Source: Tubiluchus corallicola (lineage: Eukaryota; Animalia; Priapulida). Taken from it: DNA of 15,220 nt. Below, piece after piece: positions 10,066-15,220 of the stretch. The translations under genes were made by a program, and so were the position numbers. The notes beneath the pieces are model-generated. The model saw only the letters and a program-made list of their open reading frames with translations, made no database searches and was not told the DNA's origin. The DNA is taken from positions 1 through 15,220 of the forward strand of contig JAQGDQ010002093.1 of the NCBI GenBank assembly GCA_030141605.1. The letters are read 5' to 3'. The first letter of the stretch is position 1; each line of letters opens with the position of its first letter.

Positions 10066-10712
10066 CAGTCAACCTCGGGTGTAAGGTACTCGCTCATAAG
10101 GGATAGTCGCTTATGAGGGACCAACAACACCGGTCCCCATTTTTCGTAATGTTTTTATTTACAAAAATCTTCGTATATAAGCTACTCGGACGTAAGGGAC
10201 TTTCAGTTATAAGGGACGATATTTTCTTCTCCCGTGAAATAGAAACTCAAGTAAATAATTTGCTTATAAGGGACACTCGCTTATAAGGGACCACCAACAC
10301 TGGTCCCGATTTATCGTAACGTTTTTCTCAAGTAAAAATCTTCGTATATAAGGCACTTTCAGTTATAAGGAACGATATCTTCAGGTCCAGCATAATAGAA
10401 ACCCAGGTAAATTACCTCGCACATAAGGGACCCTATGATCAAAGCTAAATTGATAAAAATTTAACCTCAATTTTTCGCAAATTCGGCCTTCGAACAGCTC
10501 GGTTTCCGTGGTCACATACATCTCGCATCACTGAAGGAGCTTCCTACATACCGTTTGCACTGAATGTGTAGCAATAATCCATAAAAATATGGGTAAAAGT
10601 ACAGAGAAGTACAGGTCTAGATACACACTCGGTCTGACTCTAATAACGGACATCGGATATAAGGGACAGTTTTTTCTGGTCCCGAGGTGTCCCTTATATC
10701 CGAGGTTGATTG
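10066..10712. mobile_element. Non-autonomous Tc1/mariner-superfamily (pogo/Tigger-type) MITE in an intron
   Basis: TA|CAGTCAACCTCGGGTGTAAGG ... CCTTATATCCGAGGTTGATTG|TA gives imperfect TIRs and a TA TSD; about nine TAAGGGAC-like motifs; no transposase ORF. Confidence 0.88.
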
Positions 10713-11047
10713 TATTGAATTGGTTACGTACTCGATTAACCCATTACAAAAATAATACCGGAATAGAATAGTTTATTGTCTCCATAGAGATCACAAATAC
10801 AAGTAACAGCAACTTTCAATGGAATGGAATGAATTATTACATTTATTATTACATAATGTAATACTGTGAGTCAAGTGATCTTTCTAAAACCTACTTCAGG
10901 TGCCCCTTTTCTTGTCCTTTAAAATGTATCTATATTCTTTGCATTTTAGACGAATTGAAACTGACAAATAACGATGCAGTCAAAAACAATCGGAAATAAA
11001 TTACGTTTGAAAATAAATAACTTCTACTGTACATTTAAAAATGATAC

Positions 11048-11151
11048 CTAATTGTTTGTAGAATACCAAACAGCAAACTTTTTATCTTCTTTGGCACGAG
11101 AGGAAATACGTCTTGTAGCTCCATGACGACATCGTCTGTCCAAAACTGTTC
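11048..11151 (-). CDS. Internal exon of the minus-strand gene
   Basis: tttctttacatag|EQFWTDDVVMELQDVFPLVPKKIKSLLFGILQTI+AG|gtatca; 104 nt, phase 0 to phase 2, compatible with both neighbours. Confidence 0.88.
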
Positions 11152-11299
11152 CTATGTAAAGAAATTTCATGAATAAAAATCGTAATTAAATGAAGCAAAT
11201 GAAACTAGAATCCTTTGAAGCCATTTTTTCTTTCTTATTTATCTTTGCAGACGTGCAGTTCATCATTAAATCTTAATGGCTTCTGAACAACTATAAATA

Positions 11300-11340
11300 C
11301 AGGGTGCATCAAAAGTCACTATACACATTTGATTTTGATT
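11300..11340 (+). mobile_element. Possible solitary Tc1/mariner-type terminus
   Basis: TA|CAGGGTGCATCAAAAGTCAC resembles CAGGGTG-type mariner ends (recalled pattern); no convincing partner TIR. Confidence 0.3.
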
Positions 11341-11574
11341 TGTTTTTTAAATTTTTTGTCTCAACCTCAACAAGCCAATACGTGAATCAAACTAATTTAC
11401 TTCGGCAAATCTTTTTATTTGTTTTCTGACTAGAATCCTGTTGCTATGGCAACAACAGTAATGCCAGAAGTGAGGTACAAAGCTAACCTGGCGGGAGGTT
11501 CTTCGATCAGCAACTGAAGTTCAGCAGAAATTCAGAGCACCAAATGAACCAGGTTATTCTGTCTCTATTAACAA

Positions 11575-11670
11575 TGCGCAGGTTCTCGGCTGATCACTGA
11601 AGTTAATCAATGTAGAGCCTGGTTAGTACTTGGATGGGTGACCGCCTAGGAATACCAGGTGCTGTAGGCT
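11575..11670 (+). pseudogene. 5'-truncated/degenerate 5S rRNA copy (pseudogene or head of a 5S-derived SINE)
   Basis: GGTTCTCGGCTGATCACTGAAGTTAATCAATGTAGAGCCTGGTTAGTACTTGGATGGGTGACCGCCTAGGAATACCAGGTGCTGTAGGCT matches the 3' ~95 nt of metazoan 5S rRNA, including the box A and box C regions. The 5' GCCTAC strand is absent, and there is no T-run directly after the 3' end. Confidence 0.9.
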
Positions 11671-11802
11671 CTCGGGATGCCCACACTGTATCTCGACACT
11701 AGGAGGAGGAGCTTAACTCAAAGTTTTTTCTCATCCGGTTGGATTTCAGTTGTGCGGAGCTTACACAACGTAGATGGAATAATAAGAATTTTTCTACTTT
11801 GT

Positions 11803-12126
11803 AAAAATGAGCTAAGTGAAAAATGAGCTGTACCAGTCTAAGTGAAAAATGAGCAGTATCAGTCAAAGTGAAAAATGAGCTGTACCAGTCAAAGTGAAAA
11901 ATGAGCTGTACCAGTCTAAGTGAAATATGAGCTGTACCAGTCAAAGTGAAAAATGAGCTGTATGAGTCAAAGTGAAAAATGAGCAGTATCAGTCAACGCA
12001 AAAAATGAGCTGTACCAGTCTAAGTGAAAAATGAGCTGTACCAGTCAGTGAAAAATGAGCTGTACCAGTCAAAGTGAAAAATGAGCTGTACCAGTCAAAG
12101 TGAAAAATGAGCTGTACCAGTCTAAG
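11803..12126. repeat. 26-bp minisatellite (AAGTGAAAAATGAGCTGTACCAGTCW), ~12 copies
   Basis: Direct periodicity; it ends 6 nt from the exon boundary at 12133. Confidence 0.97.
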
Positions 12127-12132
12127 CGATAC

Positions 12133-12243
12133 CTTAATGACAGAACTCTGAGCTGTAGCATTGTAACACGTCGCAAGATTGGCTATCAGGTTAACTCTTC
12201 TCTTGTCGGAAGCCACGCCCTCGCCTTTGGCCACAGCCATTGC
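12133..12243 (-). CDS. Internal exon of the minus-strand gene
   Basis: ttttttattcttaaag|AMAVAKGEGVASDKRRVNLIANLATCYNATAQSSVIK|gtatcg; 111 nt, phase 0/0. Confidence 0.88.
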
Positions 12244-12476
12244 CTTTAAGAATAAAAAATTCAAAGCATACGTGCTCCATTTTACAAGTGAACAAAATGC
12301 CACTGTGACAGGTCCGTTCCCAATTAGGACTGTAAGTGATTATAGTTTACCTGTGTTATTAGTAAATTTACATCTATACTTCATGTGTGCAAAGAAAACT
12401 AAAATACGAATTTTCAACCGCACTCAAAATAGTCAAATTGATTCGAAGTTCTACAACATACATTTTTATCTACATA

Positions 12477-12570
12477 CAGCAAGTCCTCACTTAACGACTC
12501 CCCGTTTAGCGACGTTTCGTTTTAATGTCATTAAATTTTAAACAGCTTTTTTCTTACTTAACGATGTTTT
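12477..12570 (+). mobile_element. Probable Tigger/pogo-type left-end fragment
   Basis: TA|CAGCAAGTCCTCACTTAACGAC followed by related TTTAGCGAC / TTTAATGTC / CTTAACGAT motifs; no right end found. Confidence 0.5.
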
Positions 12571-12664
12571 TTTACATTGTTCACAGCCGTTTTTCTTTTA
12601 CCTAATTTGAAGCATTAAATGAAAAGTGAATTAAATGAGTGAATTAAAATGAAAAGATTTCTAC

Positions 12665-12730
12665 CTTTGACATGGCAGTCCTCAGATGCGCCACAAATTC
12701 GTTCAGTTCATCGTCACCTGGAATTCTCAC
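12665..12730 (-). CDS. Internal exon of the minus-strand gene
   Basis: gattttgcaacag|VRIPGDDELNEFVAHLRTAMSK|gtagaa; 66 nt, phase 0/0. An in-frame TAA shortly upstream limits the acceptor choice. Confidence 0.78.
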
Positions 12731-12811
12731 CTGTTGCAAAATCATCAACAATTTTTAGCAAGTCTACAAGGCTAACAAAAAAAATTCCAAAACGAAATGA
12801 ATTTCAATTAA

Positions 12812-13238
12812 CCCTTAACCAACCAAGGCGGGTAAATAATTACCCCAGGAGTAATTTATGCATGCTTGTATGTATGTATGTATGTATGTATGTATGTATG
12901 TATGTATGTATGTATGTATGTATGTATGTATGCATGTATGCATGTATGTATGTATGTATGTATGTATGTATGTATGTATGTATGTATGTATGTATATGTT
13001 TGCTCACATGTTTTATATTACATGCATATGACGAAGAATTCTCATCATTTTTTGATGTATAGCATAAACAATATAGTGCACCTTATCCTTCTTCCTCTCA
13101 TATATATATATATATATACAAAATTGACCCAGAACTTGGTTTTGTACTGATAAGAGCATCTCAATTACTAGTTGGTCATTCTGCCCAGTTAGTAACGCAT
13201 TTTAAGCAAAACTTTTACCCCGCTTGGTCGGTTAAGGG
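12812..13238. mobile_element. piggyBac-type MITE containing microsatellites
   Basis: TTAA|CCCTTAACCAACCAAGGCGGGTAAA ... TTTACCCCGCTTGGTCGGTTAAGGG|TTGG gives ~25-bp imperfect TIRs with CCC/GGG ends; the left TTAA is intact, the right is TTGG. Confidence 0.8.
12867..12997. repeat. (TATG)n microsatellite; a short (TA)n lies at ~13100-13118
   Basis: Read directly from the sequence. Confidence 0.98.
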
Positions 13239-13278
13239 TTGGGCACATGTGGTAGTAGTAAGTGATTCAAATACTCAC

Positions 13279-13326
13279 CTTTCCCAGACGTTTCACTACC
13301 GCAGTCGACAGCTTCACCGCATCAGC
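13279..13326 (-). CDS. Internal exon of the minus-strand gene
   Basis: ttcttatgtttttag|ADAVKLSTAVVKRLGK|gtgagt; 48 nt, phase 0/0. The other two frames contain TGA. Confidence 0.8.
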
Positions 13327-13445
13327 CTAAAAACATAAGAACATTCACGCTCGTAAAAGAAGTTAAAATCTAAGGGAACGTTCACACCTGTTAAAAATGA
13401 CAAAACACAAACAAAATTTTACAAAGACATTAAAAAAGTTAAAAT

Positions 13446-14669
13446 TTGAGTCTGTTGAACACTTTTTCTTGCACTGCCCATTGTATCAACAAAATAGGAT
13501 TGTTATGTTTGATAAACTAAATGAAATACTTCTGCCTGAAAACCTTAATATAGCTGCCTTAGGAACTAATGATCTGTTGAAGTTGTTATTATTCGGAAAA
13601 GATGAATTTAACCATGTTACTAACTGTAAAATATTTCAATGTATACATGACTTTATATTACGTACTAAACGCTTCCAGTAGTTTCTATCTGATATGAAAT
13701 GCATCAGTCTTAAATATTCGTACATTAATATTTTCTAACCGTCATTTTCTACTAATGTCTAATGTAATCTTGTAGTAAAACTTGTCAGCTTGTGTAGGTA
13801 TAGTCAATTCTTACTGTAAATGTTACTAATGTCTAATGTAATCTTGTAGTAAAACTTCTCAGCTTGTGTAGTTATAGTCTATTCTTACTGTAAATGTTAC
13901 TAATGTCTAATGTATTCTTGTAGTAAAACTTGTCAGCTTGTGTAGGTATAGTCAATTCTTACTGTAAATGTTACTAATGTCTAATGTATTCTTGTAGTAA
14001 AACTTGTCAGCTTGTGTAGTTATAGTCTATTCTTACTGTAAATGTTACTAATGTCTAATGTAATCTTGTAGTAAAACTTGTCAGCTTGTGTAGTTATAGT
14101 CTATTCTTACTGCAAATGTTACTAATGTCTAATGTAATCTTGTAGTAAAACTTGTCAGCTTGTGTAGTTATAGTCTATTCTTACTGCAAATGTTACTAAT
14201 GTCTAATGTAATCTTGTAGTAAAACTTGTCAGCTTGTGTAGTTATAGTCTATTCTTACTGTAAATGTTACTAATGTCTAATGTAATCTTGTAGTAAAACT
14301 TGTCAGCTTGTGTAGTTATAGTCTATTCTTACCGCAAATGTTACTAATGTCTAATGTAATCTTGTAGTAAAACTTGTCAGCTTGTGTAGTTATAGTCTAT
14401 TCTTACTGCAAATGTTACTAATGTTTAATGTAATCTTGTAGTAAAACTTGTCAGCTTGTGTAGTTATAGCCTATTCTTACTGTAAATGTTACTAATGTCT
14501 AATGTAATCTTGCAGTAAAACTTGTCAGCTTGTGTAGTTATAGCCTATTCTTACTGTAAATGTTTTTGTAAATAGTGTATAAAGTCTGTTGTGGTGAGGA
14601 TCCTAAATCATGTTGTTCAAACTGTCTCATCCAATCCTATAATAAATTACATTTAAACTAAAACTAAAC
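13446..14669 (+). mobile_element. 5'-truncated non-LTR retrotransposon (CR1/L2/Crack-like): ORF2 C-terminus, 3' UTR and short-repeat tail
   Basis: ESVEHFFLHCPLY...R...LLFG...N..IF..IHDFILRTKRF* is the typical H-x4-C zinc-knuckle remnant and C-terminal tail of invertebrate LINE ORF2. It ends AATAAA-TTACATT-TAAACTAAAACTAAAC and is flanked by the direct repeat AAGTTAAAAT (13436-13445, 14670-14679). The clade is not determinable by eye. Confidence 0.87.
13750..14564. repeat. 74-bp minisatellite, 11 near-identical copies, inside the LINE 3' UTR
   Basis: Unit TGTTACTAATGTCTAATGTAATCTTGTAGTAAAACTTGTCAGCTTGTGTAGTTATAGTCTATTCTTACTGTAAA at 13821, 13895 and onward. Confidence 0.98.
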
Positions 14670-14756
14670 AAGTTAAAATGAAGTACAAAAGTACTATTTT
14701 TCAATTAATTGTCATCAAAATATAATTTGATAAAAATTGTTATATTCACTTGATCA

Positions 14757-15128
14757 ATGTACTCAAAATGTGTTACGTCCTTGGTGAATGTACTCAAAAT
14801 GTGTCAAGACCCTGGTGAATTGACTCAAAATGTGTTATGCCCCTGGTGAATGTACTCAAAATGTGTTATGCCCCTGGTGAATGTACTCAAAATGTGTCAA
14901 GACCCTGGTGAATTGACTCAAAATGTGTTATGACCCTGGTGAATGTACTCAAAATGGGTTATGACCCTGGTGAATGTACTCAAAATGTGTCATGATCCTG
15001 GTGAATGTACTCAAAATGTGTTATGACCCTGGTGAATGTACTCAAAATGTGTTATGTCCCTGGTGAATGTACTCAAAATGGGTTATGACCCTGGTGAATG
15101 TACTCAAAATGTGTCATGATCCTGGTGA
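14757..15128. repeat. 31-bp minisatellite (GAATGTACTCAAAATGTGTTATGACCCTGGT), 12 copies
   Basis: Direct periodicity; it ends 7 nt from a candidate minus-strand exon boundary. Confidence 0.97.
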
Positions 15129-15135
15129 GCAATAC

Positions 15136-15196
15136 CTTCAACAGTGCCACTTCGTTCAGTTACGTATTGCTCAAAAAAAACAACGGCAAAATAGCC
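15136..15196 (-). CDS. Candidate further upstream exon of the minus-strand gene (phase unresolved)
   Basis: ttatgcaattag|GYFAVVFFEQYVTERSGTVE+G|gtattg; the 61-nt frame is open but ends in phase 1, whereas exon 13326 starts in phase 0. Confidence 0.35.
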
Positions 15197-15220
15197 CTAA
15201 TTGCATAAAGCAGTTCAGTA

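Noticed and set aside
11551-11670. Functional 5S rRNA gene
   Set aside because: The 5' strand of helix I is missing, there are several substitutions, no immediate T-run terminator, and it is a single intronic copy.
11298-11691. MITE enclosing the 5S copy (TACAGGGTGCATC versus GATGCCCACACTGTA)
   Set aside because: The inverted match is short and needs a gap; insufficient without other genomic copies.
12649-13150. ORFs containing (MYVC)n
   Set aside because: Translation of the TATG microsatellite.

Overview
AT-rich animal (probably invertebrate) genomic DNA, not prokaryotic; about half of it is tandem repeat. It holds the 3' ends of two convergent, intron-containing genes. On the + strand, two phase-compatible exons (3144-3408, 4054-4465) encode a divergent pentraxin/LamG-fold domain. 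On the - strand, five phase-compatible exons (13326-13279, 12730-12665, 12243-12133, 11151-11048, 10012-9721) encode an alpha-helical region plus a Lys/Arg-rich tail; identity is unresolved. Introns and intergenic DNA carry eight unrelated minisatellites (69, 18, 30, ~100, 22, 26, 74, 31 bp), a Tigger/pogo-type MITE, a piggyBac-type MITE, a 5'-truncated non-LTR retrotransposon with a target-site duplication, a 5S rRNA-derived element and a ~207-bp-arm inverted repeat entangled with a satellite. The most striking pattern is that several arrays are built from, or begin right next to, splice sites; one real 5' splice site is amplified 18 times. Most long ORFs in the supplied track are repeat artefacts. 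All assignments were made by eye, without database searches.
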